From Psammoneis japonica (taxonomy: Eukaryota): 64,000 bases of DNA. This document shows positions 46,195 through 57,480 of the stretch, in pieces. Numbering within the stretch: position 1 is the stretch's first letter; each line of letters opens with the position of its first letter. The position numbers and the translations under genes were made by a program. The notes beneath the pieces were generated by a model, which was given only the letters and a program-made list of their open reading frames with translations, ran no database searches and was not told the origin of the DNA. Location: positions 186,001 through 250,000 of the forward strand of contig QPGO01000093.1 of NCBI GenBank assembly GCA_008632985.1, in the 5' to 3' direction.

Positions 46195-47505
46195 TTAAGG
46201 TTGCTTCAATACTAGGCGATAGTGTCTCCATTGTGTTGGTCCGGCGCCTTCAGAGTACCCCAACTTTCGTAAGACAATATTACATGCGGATGGTCCAGAC
46301 AGCGGCTTGCTTCGACCTGCTTTCATTTGCAGAGACACGGTCTCAGTCGGAGAGACAAACAGCGAGTCAACAACAGGAAAGTTGGAGTTGCTTGGAAGAA
46401 GGTAACCGCCAGTTGGAAGTGTGCGTGCGATGCTGACGGCATTTTGGAATTGTGCACCAAGATCGTTGGTTGACAGCTTAACTTTTGGCAGTGACGCAGG
46501 GATAATGATCTGTTTGCTGCATCTTTCCATTCCAGTGGCAGTAAGCGATGTTGCTGCTAAATCGACTCCGTGTGCAATGATTTTATTGTGGGCGTATGCC
46601 TCATAGCGGATCCCTCTTAGAGTTCCATGCCTTTCCAACGTGCTGTCGTACAGACGCCACAATTCATGAGCCTCCTTTTCCATCAACTTGTCACGAATAC
46701 GGGCCCGAACATGTTCGCAAACAAGTTCGATCGTGTAATTTTCATAATCGGTGCCGCCATTTCCTAGTACAGCGGGTTGAAGAATATACAAAGACCAGAG
46801 GTGTTTGAATGCAGCCGTAACTTCCCCAGCATCAATTCGGAGCGGATTCTGTGCAATGTCATTGAGGGCGGCGGTTTGCTTCTCTTCCAAATGTTTCACC
46901 GGTGAATCAACACGATTAGCTGCAGGAGGACCATAAAATAGGTAGCGAGCTACGCCACCGATTTTTTGATAGCGGGTTTGCAGTAGATCTACCGTCACTT
47001 CCGAATAGCAAGATGCCCTCATATCTTCGGCTTCGTCCATCAAAAGAGTCCCCATGTATAATATGGCCTGGTTTCTTGTATCCTTTCGAAGCTTCCTACA
47101 GTTTTCTTCATCCGGCGATAAGGGGACAATGAATTTTTTCCTTTCAAAGACAGAAATGTGATCATCATTTGTGCGCCCTGTATTCTCATGGGGGTCGTAG
47201 AGCACGATATCAAATGAGTCTGATGGAATTTTAAAACTGCCATCAAGCACGGCAGTCAAGCTTTGTTCCGCAACTGTAATAGTGCCGCCACCACCATGTT
47301 TAAAAACAAAAGCTCTGCCACGCGGACCATGAAGATACAATACGTTCTTCCTATCATCATCGTAGAGGCAGCGATGGAGCGTATAGTCCAAGAAGCAACT
47401 CTTTCCGATACCTGGTGTTCCAAAGAGGAATATACCTTGGGTCCCCGCCGTCCAGCTGGTTTTGCACAATTCAAATAAATCTGGATAACAGGGGCGCACA
47501 AACAA
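46195..47505 (-). CDS. Crinkler/RHS-type protein, P-loop NTPase plus C-terminal restriction-endonuclease-like domain (5' end unclear, may be damaged)
   Basis: LFVRPCY, Walker A GTPGIGKS, IGGVARYLF, GIRYEAYAH, LPSNSNFPVVDSLFV...LQM. No in-frame ATG upstream before a stop near 47590. Confidence 0.75.
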   Translation of the reverse strand: MFVRPCYPDLFELCKTSWTAGTQGIFLFGTPGIGKSCFLDYTLHRCLYDDDRKNVLYLHGPRGRAFVFKHGGGGTITVAEQSLTAVLDGSFKIPSDSFDIVLYDPHENTGRTNDDHISVFERKKFIVPLSPDEENCRKLRKDTRNQAILYMGTLLMDEAEDMRASCYSEVTVDLLQTRYQKIGGVARYLFYGPPAANRVDSPVKHLEEKQTAALNDIAQNPLRIDAGEVTAAFKHLWSLYILQPAVLGNGGTDYENYTIELVCEHVRARIRDKLMEKEAHELWRLYDSTLERHGTLRGIRYEAYAHNKIIAHGVDLAATSLTATGMERCSKQIIIPASLPKVKLSTNDLGAQFQNAVSIARTLPTGGYLLPSNSNFPVVDSLFVSPTETVSLQMKAGRSKPLSGPSACNIVLRKLGYSEGAGPTQWRHYRLVLKQP

Positions 47506-48087
47506 TCTCGATTGAGAGAGAATGCAGAAAATCGCGGCTGCCAGGATTTGTAACCAAGCAGGCTCCCTCGACTCGAGAGCTCCATGTCGTCATCGTCAAA
47601 CGTTGTTGATTTCCTTCTCCCTCTTATACACCGGTGTCTCTCTCTAAGATAGTAATAATTTACGATGTTCGCGATGACGGAAAAACGGTGATTGATGATG
47701 CCAGCCATTGTGTATTGTGTGAGGTGTGAGACGAGATCTATAGATAGATTGAGACGTCCGTCCGTTGACGCTCAAAAAAGTGAGTCGCCGGGAACCCGGA
47801 ACGCATCATCGCCACATCAACATCGCGGGCGGTTTTGAGTTTCAAGTTTATGTCATTGCTTCCGAGCAGCACTGATTCGTTTGCAAAGACTTTTTCCGTT
47901 TCGCCTATCGCACTCATTGATAACAGTGGACTGTGGTGGAAACATCTTTTAATTGATTGATCCCCAGTGTGAGTTGAACAACGAGCACGGCGGGAAGAAA
48001 GCGCATTCTTATCCTCACTCTCGAACCGCGCGCTGTTCTCTTTTGCTGTTGCACCTCTCACGAGTCCCTTGTTTTTCATTTTTTCAG

Positions 48088-49674
48088 ATGCCTCCTCAAA
48101 AGAAGAAAGCTCGAACAAGTAAGGATGCCGATGAGCTGAAGGTACTCGTGAAGTGGCTGTCTCGAGAGCAGCTGCAAGATTTCGTGACGCGCGCGGTGGA
48201 GCGAGGTGGATTGCCCATTTCAGAGCTGTGGTCCGCCATCCCGGAGCAAGCAGCGATTGCGATTCGAAACCAAAATTCTACTACTACGGTGTCTTCTGGA
48301 GTGCAGCGTGTTGGAACCGGCTATTTTGATGACCTGGATGACAACGTAATGAGTTCTATCTTTAGCTACTGTCCTTTGCTTTCCAGGATCCAATGCGTCA
48401 CTACCGTTTGCAAATCATGGAGGAACTACAAGACGAGCCTTCCAGGCTTATTTTCTGATGTTAGCGAACAAGTGGCCGAAACTGACAAAGCTACTACTCT
48501 GAATCGAGCTCAATTTGCTTTGGCTCTTCTCCGGTGGATTCCTACTTCAAGCTCTATTCCAGAAGGATTTCGCCTCTCTACCTCCAAAGTGTGCAACCCG
48601 CGTATCTGCAAGGCAGTTCTTACGCAGCTGTCTTCTTTTCACTTCAAGAAACTCGTCTTGCAGGGGTGCAAGATATCGCCCGATGCGTTGAAGAAGATTT
48701 CGTTCGGACGATCCATCGAGTGCCTTGTGTTTGAGGATGTTGAAGGCAGCAACACGGGCTCTAACAAACTCGGAAGCCACGACGCCATTCCGAATCTTCT
48801 CAAGACGTGCCCCAACTTGGAGGAACTGACTGTTCCTCAATATCTCATGTTTGAACGCAGTCTTCGATTCCATCTCGCAGCGCTATCTGAGGCTCGCGCC
48901 GGGGCTCCGCTTTTGCTCACCAAGCTCAACATTGCCCATTGGCGTTCTTGGGGCTGTGACGATGCGCTGGACTGGTGTTTCCTCTCGAAACTAGGTGATA
49001 TTCTGCCGAACATTCAAGAGCTCAAGTTGACGGCAATTGAAACCCCTGTTCAAGCGGACCCCTCAACACCGCCCTTTACCCCTGCAGTTCCTTCAGTTGA
49101 CCAGTTTCTTCAACAGCCATTTGCACCCATGCCTCACCTAAAGGTTTTCTTGCTTTCCAAGATTAGTCCAATCTTCGAGCACGAAAGTAGGTTTGCTCTA
49201 TACCCTCGCATGGTGGCAACGCCGTATCTGACCAAGATTATTTCTCGATTGTTGGAGGCCATGCCAAACGTGAAAGATTTCTCTGTTGGTCATGGTGAGC
49301 GTCCATACCTTAATCGAAAGGAGATGAAGCAAGCCGTCTTTCCACCCTTCCCCAAGTGCGAACTCGCCGACTTGACCTTACCGGCGAGCCTCCAAAAGCT
49401 AACATTGGCTTACATGTTGGTGGAGCCCGATGAGTTTGAGGGCCTCAAATTCTCGAATATGGAATGGATTCGCTTTGTCGAGTGCGGGCCGGGCATGAAG
49501 CCAACCATGGAGATGCTTCATTCCCATTTTCCCCACCTCTCATTGAGTCAGACGGATGAATACTACAGCAGGCAGATGTGCCTATCTCGCTTCTGCCCTG
49601 CGGGGGTACTCTCGCAGAGAAGCACGAAGTGGTTCATGCCTCCTCAAATGGATATGCGCAGGACTTCGCCTTGA
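48088..49674 (+). CDS. F-box protein with LRR-like C-terminal region
   Basis: FDDLDDNVMSSIFSYCPLLSRIQCVTTVCKSWR (F-box). LRR-like segments CPNLEELTV, LPNIQELKL, MPHLKVF, LPASLQKLTL. Confidence 0.78.
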   Translation: MPPQKKKARTSKDADELKVLVKWLSREQLQDFVTRAVERGGLPISELWSAIPEQAAIAIRNQNSTTTVSSGVQRVGTGYFDDLDDNVMSSIFSYCPLLSRIQCVTTVCKSWRNYKTSLPGLFSDVSEQVAETDKATTLNRAQFALALLRWIPTSSSIPEGFRLSTSKVCNPRICKAVLTQLSSFHFKKLVLQGCKISPDALKKISFGRSIECLVFEDVEGSNTGSNKLGSHDAIPNLLKTCPNLEELTVPQYLMFERSLRFHLAALSEARAGAPLLLTKLNIAHWRSWGCDDALDWCFLSKLGDILPNIQELKLTAIETPVQADPSTPPFTPAVPSVDQFLQQPFAPMPHLKVFLLSKISPIFEHESRFALYPRMVATPYLTKIISRLLEAMPNVKDFSVGHGERPYLNRKEMKQAVFPPFPKCELADLTLPASLQKLTLAYMLVEPDEFEGLKFSNMEWIRFVECGPGMKPTMEMLHSHFPHLSLSQTDEYYSRQMCLSRFCPAGVLSQRSTKWFMPPQMDMRRTSP

Positions 49675-50302
49675 AGGGTTACTCCGTCCCCGAATATTCG
49701 CGTTGAACTCCCGGCTTCTTCATTGTCTCTTTCACGATGCCAGCAAAGACATGGCTGTTACTCGTTCTTGGCACTCGTTGTTGCTGTTGACGCGGTATCG
49801 CGCTTTGAATAGTCTCTTCGATTGAGTTGTGACGTAGCAAGCTTGGGTAGATTCCGCTTTATGATAGAAGAGTGTAGTCATGGAGGCTACCGTCTACTAA
49901 GGTATAGGCGACTCTCATCTTTGCTAGATATTGTTGACTCTTTAGTAGATTGAAGGCTGATTCGTCCAATATATGAATATCATCATCTATCGTTCCACGT
50001 AGCTAGGCAACAAGATCTTCTGTGTTGGGAGAGCAGTCGGCCAAGCATAAGCCAATCCCCCAAAGCGTAGCGTGACACCTAGAGCACTCACCGTTCGAAA
50101 CGCAGCGTATATTTAAGCCCATAATATCGAACCTTTGCTGTTGCCTCAACCTGTCAAAGGCGTTCATTCGTATCGTGACCACAAGCCATGAAGGATGCGG
50201 CACCGTCGGGCAGTGCAGTAGTCTACGATCCACGTTTATCACGTTGTGCTAGAAGGACAATTCATATGGCCCATTGTCAAGTTCACCGTTTGTGAATGGG
50301 AG

Positions 50303-51502
50303 TTACAGGGTATCTTTGTCGGATAGCAGCCGTTGTCGTTCTCCAACGATATTCCGCATGGAAGTGTTCGCGCTTGGGACCGAGGGCCGTATCTCGGTGG
50401 ACGAGATAGGGGTGATCAAATGCAACATAAAATACGACAGCTTTAGGACGGCCGCCACAATCACCATTTTGCCTCCGCGGTGGAGTTCCAAGTCCATCGG
50501 CACAGGAACGAGTGTGGGTTCGTCGGGACAACCCGGCGTGCACACCAATGCCGTAAAGGCAGACGGCATGGAGTTGACACACTCCACATGAAATCTGATG
50601 AATGCGTGCAGGCCTAAGCAAAAGGCCAAGCCACTAAAGAAAAGCGTTCTGAGTCTGAGACCTCGCTCGTGCTGTGTCCACTGACAGAGCCGTCGGAGGG
50701 TCAGGACAAGAGGAAAGACACCAAACACGGCGGCCGACAGCAAGGTCCCCACACAATCTCGGGAAGTGTCTTCGCAGGCGCTGCAGGACTTTGTTTCATC
50801 CTTTTTGTCGTCCTTCGTCATGGCTATAAGCAATTCGCAATCCAAGGATTCGGTAGTACCGCAAAATGAGGAGGACACGTTGGACAATGGGTTGTCGCTG
50901 TGCTTAAATCGCACATCCTGGACCAGGTCATCTTTCGCTCTGCAATAGGTTTCGCTATGAGTATGCAAGGTTGCTGTCGTTTTGGCCGTGGAAATCGTAC
51001 TTTGATTTCTGTTTGTAAGCAAGATGTCATTATTGCTCCACAACTCGCCGCGACATTTACCGTAGTATCCTCTGAGACCGAGCCACACTTCAACGTGCAT
51101 AGAGGCATTCATCCATTCCGTTGTAGTGGCGCTGATAGAAACACATTCGGGGAGATGGACCAGCGTGGAAGAGGCGCTGGCCCAAGCCACTCTGGTCAAC
51201 TGTTCAAAAAGAGGCAAAAGAAGAATATGAGGCTGCATCCTGCAACACCAGGAAACACTGTATGCAGTAGCTTGGCGAAAATAATATTTTACCATTGGTG
51301 AAGTCTTCATTGCAAAGGCTGCCTCGGTGATAAAGGCGATCGCAATGGAATTCAAGACAAACGCACACAGCAACAATGGCGTCCGCAGTCGTTGAAGCGA
51401 ATCCACTCCCCAGACCACCCAAGTCGGGCAACAGCTTTTTTGTTGCTGGCGCTGCTTCGGCTCGTATTTATCCTGTCTTTCATCACCGTGTGCATTTTCC
51501 AT
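50303..51502 (-). CDS. Membrane protein with about four TM helices and a Cys-rich loop, probably intron-containing
   Basis: 399-aa ATG ORF with hydrophobic segments and a VWLGLRGYYG motif. Family not identified. Confidence 0.6.
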   Translation of the reverse strand: MENAHGDERQDKYEPKQRQQQKSCCPTWVVWGVDSLQRLRTPLLLCAFVLNSIAIAFITEAAFAMKTSPMVKYYFRQATAYSVSWCCRMQPHILLLPLFEQLTRVAWASASSTLVHLPECVSISATTTEWMNASMHVEVWLGLRGYYGKCRGELWSNNDILLTNRNQSTISTAKTTATLHTHSETYCRAKDDLVQDVRFKHSDNPLSNVSSSFCGTTESLDCELLIAMTKDDKKDETKSCSACEDTSRDCVGTLLSAAVFGVFPLVLTLRRLCQWTQHERGLRLRTLFFSGLAFCLGLHAFIRFHVECVNSMPSAFTALVCTPGCPDEPTLVPVPMDLELHRGGKMVIVAAVLKLSYFMLHLITPISSTEIRPSVPSANTSMRNIVGERQRLLSDKDTL

Positions 51503-54389
51503 GCTCGCTGGTGTAAGCGTTGTGTTACCAAGAAATCAAATTCCGTTACAGTATTCTTTATTCGCGGAAGTGTGCGTTCCGATGCGGCGGTGATGGTGAT
51601 GGATGCTTTTGGCATTTTGACTCCGCTCCCAAGACTGAAATTTCATCCAACACGACTGAAATTACGCAATCAGTCTTATTCACGACTCGATTCGCTCATT
51701 GGCCACTTTTTTCTCAACAGGCAAAGCCCAAGAACTTTGTGGGTGTCAAATTTTTGTCTCAGCTCCATGTCACACAGACAACGAGACACAGCCGTCCAGC
51801 GAAGCGTCCAATTTTCAATTTCGCGCCACAAATTGAAACCTGACATCATCGATTTTTTTTGCTGCACTGCGGAACCACGTGCTGACCGCAGGAAAGACGA
51901 AAGACGTGCCTGGGTTCGCAGCACCAATTGCTTCCGCCAATTCCACCACCCAGGATGAGTTGAACTTCCTGCTTCTGCCCAGTCATGATCAGCTCCACAC
52001 TCCAGGCAGAGAGTCATCACAATCTTCAATCTGACCTTTTTTCTGCTAAAAATGGCAGAGGCAGAAGTTTTCACAAATGTGCCAGATTGACAACACACGG
52101 CCATGCTCACTTTGGGCAATGAAAAAGAGCAGGAAACATCGCTTCATCACCTTTGTGCTTGCAGATGTTTGCCAGACAAACTTGAATCAGCAATCTCTTG
52201 GTCGTCCACACCAACAAAGCCAGCTCACATCATTTCACTGTCTTGTCACAAGAGACTTTGCATTCCCGACACCAAGGCTGCTTTTCCACTCCAAAGTCTG
52301 CAGCCATGCATGCACCAAATGAAAGAGCAGCACAGAGAGAGCAGCTGCAAGGTCTGGCAGATGAGCTGGCTGCAACTTGAAGAAAGGTTTGTCCTTCTTG
52401 CCAATTTGCAACAAGCAGGCTCAACTGTCCACTTTTGACAAATGAGAGCAAATTGACATGCCCTGACTTGCCTTCCAGCCTCCAGCACTGACCTGCTCTT
52501 TGCACAAACCAAACCCGGCCATCATCTGGGTGTGGCCATCCAGACAATGTGGCAGGCATCATGACAAAACAATTGTGCCACACACACTGCTTCTTTGAAA
52601 TGAGGACAATGGCACTCTGCTTCTTTTCACCGCTGCAGAGAACACTTGACATCTGGTTGTTGAGTGGCTCTGCATGGAGCCTTTTTAGATGCCCAGTGTG
52701 GATGTGCCACCATGGCAGTGCAACAAAAAGACATCCTCATGTTCACACAACACAACAAAATTGGCAAAGCAGGAGACAACAATGGGCAAAACCAGAGGTT
52801 GATCTTGTCAATTGTCGCTTTGTTTGTTGGCTGGAGTGTGCCAACAAGTTGATTTGTTTGCTCTTGAATTGGTGTGCATTTTGTGATTTTGGTTTTCAAT
52901 GATGTTTGCTTTCTCTGCCCTGGCAACATTTTGCATTTGCAGTCAGTCTCACATCTTGGCATTCTTGGCTGTGCTGATGTTGCACCTTGCTTCACAATCT
53001 TTCATGTTTCCAGAAGAGTCATTTTTTGTGACAGCTTCTCATTTTGAGGCATGGCAGCAGTCACTGGCAGAAGCCAGTGGAGAAGTTTTGTCAGCTTGGC
53101 AATGTGGTTTTTCAAGTGTGGCTCAATTTTGTTGCTGCAGCTCAGCTGTGCAGCATTGCAGCACTGTGTTTTGCTCTTCCTTGGCTGTTTTTGTTGGCTT
53201 GTCCAAGTTGGAAGAAACAAAAAATCTGCAAAAGCATCAACTCAATTTTTGCTGCAAGCACTGAGCACTGTCTTCTCCCATGTTGCACTCTCTTTTCTGA
53301 TCATTTGCCATTCCTGTGGATTGTTTTTGCTGATGTGTGCAGAGTCATGGGGTTTGTTGGTGCCTTCCTGCAATGTCAACATTGCTCATGTGCCACTTGG
53401 GTGCATCATGTGTTTTCATGTTGTTTTGTGTGGCAGTCATGACACGCCATTGTTGCCATGGAGCCAAGCCAGTTGGCCTGGCAATCTCAATGCCTGCATC
53501 ATTTTGCAAGTGGTCATTTTCTGTGGGCCATTTGTCATGCTCATTTTTGAAGTTTCTCACCAAGCAGTTTGAGTCAACCCAAATGAACCAGTTTGTTGGT
53601 CTTCATTGGCAATGCATTTTTTGTGAGCTCTGAGCTCTCATTTGCTTGCCAGCTGGATGCCAGCATTGTTTCAATCAGATGCAGCACATCTGTTTGCAAA
53701 AAAGGTTGGTGTTTCAGTTTTTGTGACCTTGGCCAGCTCTTGTCAAGAAAAAAATTTTCACTTTTGTGCAGTTGTGTCCAGCTGGTTTGTGCATGTGTCT
53801 GTGGGGCTTCTGATCCACACATGATGCACACAACAACCTTTGCCTTTGTTGCCATTGTGCCGCAGTCATGTTTGAAACTTGCAAGCAGGAGGTCAGAAAA
53901 TGTCACAGACTTTGTTGTGCACAGCAGGTGGTCATGGATGGGGAGCTGGTCAAGCAAGAGGAGGTTGGCTGGGCACCACTGCCAGAGCAGCAGCCCCCAG
54001 AGACATTTGGGCACTGCATCTGCAGCACCTCCTTCTGCCGGTGTTCCTCCTCTCTGACAAGTGGTTGCCTTTGCCAGCATGGTTTTGTGCTGCCTTCCAT
54101 GTCACTTTGATGTCCAGGACAGTGCAGACTTGAGTTTCCCAGCTCAAGAGCAAACAAGCAGCCCAGCAGCAGAGCCCCATGATGGCAACACCTGAGAAAC
54201 CAACCCAACGAGCAACAGCAGGCTGAGGGCACTGATTGTCTCTGGCAGATCCCAAACAACACTTTGAGAGCTGTGTCTGAGCAGCACAAGAGTGCCAGCA
54301 TGGCGCAGCTGTGCACCCTGTCATGTCCTTCTAGCCAGAAGCAGCACACTTCAAACTCCCAAGTCCAGAATTAAAGGACCCTGCAGCAG

Positions 54390-54900
54390 TGCCAGCCAAC
54401 CTGAGAACAGCAAGCTGAGGAGTTTTTGGTTCTCTGGTGGATCTCAGGTGACACTGCAACAACCATGGTTGAGCAGTGCAAGGCCTGTTTGTGTGGTTGT
54501 GGCCCCCGCATCACCTTGTCCCCACACTGGCAGAGCTGACCTCCAAACTCAACAGCAGAGGCCACATGGTGGTGCCAGCCAACCCAACAGCCACAAGCTG
54601 AGGACACTGGTGGCAGTGCCTGGCAAACCTGCAAGGTTGATCTTCTTGTGGCGTTGTGACCCCATGTCACCTTGTTCCCAACAGCAACAAAAGCAAGCTT
54701 CCAAACTCCACAGTGAAAGGACTCCTGTGATGGATGACAGCACCAATGAACTTGACAAAAGCAAGCTGAGGACACTGGTGGTGTCTGGGAAACCCCAGGT
54801 GAGACCTTTGAAAACTGTGGCCAAGCATTGCAAGGTTGATCTTGTGGCATTGTGGCCCCTTGTCACCTTGTCCCCAACAGCAGCAGACTTGAATTTTCAA
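54390..54900 (+). repeat. Three diverged ~170-185 bp tandem units
   Basis: CAAGCTGAGGA at ~54411, 54594 and 54762. TCACCTTGT(C/T)CC at ~54511, 54667 and 54863. Confidence 0.7.
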
Positions 54901-57236
54901 ACTCTGCAGTGGCTGGCTTGTTCAAAGGTTTGATTGCTGAATGACAGATGGTGAGCAAACTTCAAAAGGCAGTGCACCAACCATGTGAGAAGAATGGAGA
55001 AATTTGCAGCAGCTCTTTTGAAATGAGTTTCTCTTTGTTTGAAACAAACAAGAGCTGTGGCAACTGGTCAAGCCATTCACCATTTCGTCCTGGTCTAAAG
55101 CTCCAGCAAGACTGGATCTCATGGGAGGATCAGCTGGGGCATGGTGAGTTGGAAATGTGAAACAAAGCTTTGTTGTTGCATGTCACACCCAAATTTTGAA
55201 GGCTGAAAGCCTTTTGTCAATCTTTCCTGCCACAAGTGGTTGTCAAGCAAGTCTTTGTTCAATGTCTCATCATTGACACTGCTGCTGCAATGTTCCACAA
55301 ATCATCCCTGCCTGCCTTTGCACAAAGACCCCCAATGTCAAACAGGCTTTCTGTCACCAAAGCCTTGGTGGCAACTGCCACTCATGCAGTCCAGGCCCTG
55401 GAGCCAGGCACACAGAGAGCACTTGTCTTTCTCTCCGACAAGCAAATTGGCACACCTGCACTTTGACAAGCACAGCATCTAAACAACCTTCTGCAGTCTT
55501 CCACAAGAGACAGCAGCACTGGCACACTTGCACAGATCAATGATGTGCTGACAAATCATGGTGGCTGCTTGACCAGAAGGCAAGGATTCAAGTTTGCAGT
55601 TGTGGTGTCTGTCAAAAGGGGCTTGGATCAAAATGAGGAGCTTGTTTTGAGAGGAGAGTCTCTCCATTGTGTCAGAAATGTGACAAGGACACCAGCACAC
55701 CACCATTGTCATGCAGACAGCTGATCAGCAGCTGAGTTGTGTGGTGCCCAATGCAAGAAAGAGACAAGTTCAGCAAGAACACCAAACAAGTGCAGCTGGT
55801 GAATGATCCAAGAATGCTCTTCCAAACAAATGAGTCAACTCAAAACAAGATGCTGGACTGCAAAACAAAACATTGCAGATCTGCGACAGCTGGAAACATT
55901 GACTGTCAGCCCAAATGACAACTTTGGCAATGCCAGATTTAGCAGCTGAAAATGTGCCAGTGTCAAAATGTTGTTTGGAGCCCAAATGACATTGACCACC
56001 TTCTTGTGGCTGGTTTTTCAAAAATTGTGACATCTGCTGTGTGGACAGTGCAATTGCATGTGTGTGAAGCTCATTTCTTGTCAATTGAGATTGCAGATGA
56101 CTTCTCTCTGGAGCAGAAAACAAAGCAGTGCATGTCTGCCCCGCTCACAAAACAAGTTGCAGAACATTGCAGCGGCATCTTGCAAGCACCAGCATGACAA
56201 AAGAGGCCAGCAACAAGCACAACAGACAATGCAAGAACCCTCATGCACCAAGGAGTTCTCTTGGGAGCTTGTTGCAGGCTGCTCCCAAAGAAACAAGTTC
56301 AACCAAGACCAGCTCAATTGGCGCTCCAAGTTTTTGAGCACTGTCACCTGCTGAGCAGAAAAATGAGCTGCTTCACTTGCTCCAGCAAGCAGAGCACACT
56401 CTTGCACTTGCCATTGCTGTCAAGAGGCTGACCAATGCAGCGCGGCACTCCTTGTGATGCACACAGAGCTCAGATGGCAGCAAGCAACAAAACAGCCAAG
56501 AGAGAAGTCTTTGTCCTTCTGTGCAATGGGCTGTTGATGGCCTGTTCAGCTCCAGGTGATGAGCTTTTCATCATGCAAGATTTTCTCCGCAGTTTTCAGC
56601 ACCAGACATTTTTGTCTCCACCCAGCAGAGCTCGCACTTTTTGGCTTTTTGTGAACATCAATCACTCCAATGATGCAGCACATTTGTGACATTGATGCTC
56701 ATCTTGAACAACTGAGGTGCACATTTCATCACAGGAAGAATCGTGTCAGTTGGCATTTGATGTTGTTCTGGCAATGTGCAGAACAATGCTGGCTTGCATG
56801 AACATGTGCCATCCATGTCAAAAGGCCCAACACACAACACCAGCCACAATGCAGCACACTGCTGTCGCTGCTCCACAACCCCCTCTTTGCCCTTGCGGTT
56901 GCATGGAACCATCTGTTCCTTTCATTTCAAAGTCATGCCATTGTCATCACAGTGCAATTGCAGCTCCACAGAGTTGCCATCATTGTGGACAACACCATCT
57001 CTTTGCATTCTCTTGTTTGGAATTCAGCAAGTTGATTTATCATGTTGTTGTTTGCACATGTCACCACATGCATGTTTTTTTCTGGTTGCTTCTCACGTCT
57101 CATTTTGTGGTTGTTTTGCACCAGAGCATTTGGAGTTTCCACCAAACACAAACATTTGCCCGAATGTTTTCTGAACAACAGTTGCCACTGGAACAAACTT
57201 GTCTTGGTTTGTTTGCACTGTGACGCTTGCTGTTTG

Positions 57237-57480
57237 TGCTTTCCAGCATCTGGAACTGCTTTGGAGGCTGCCTCTGATCATCTGCATCACTTTTGCAGTG
57301 ACTGATGTTGCCCCCCTCTCTGGAGTGCATTTGTTGCACAAGCAGAAAGTGTGGCTTGCTGTTTGGTGCTTTCCAGCATCTGGAAATGCCTCAGAGGCTG
57401 CCTCTGTTCATCCGCATCACTTTTGCAGCAACTGACATTGCCCCCCTCTCTGGAGTGCATTTGTCGCACAAACAGGAGTG
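57237..57480 (+). repeat. Tandem duplication, ~130 bp period
   Basis: TGCTTTCCAGCATCTGGAA...CATCACTTTTGCAG...TTGCCCCCCTCTCTGGAGTGCATTTGT occurs twice. Confidence 0.9.
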
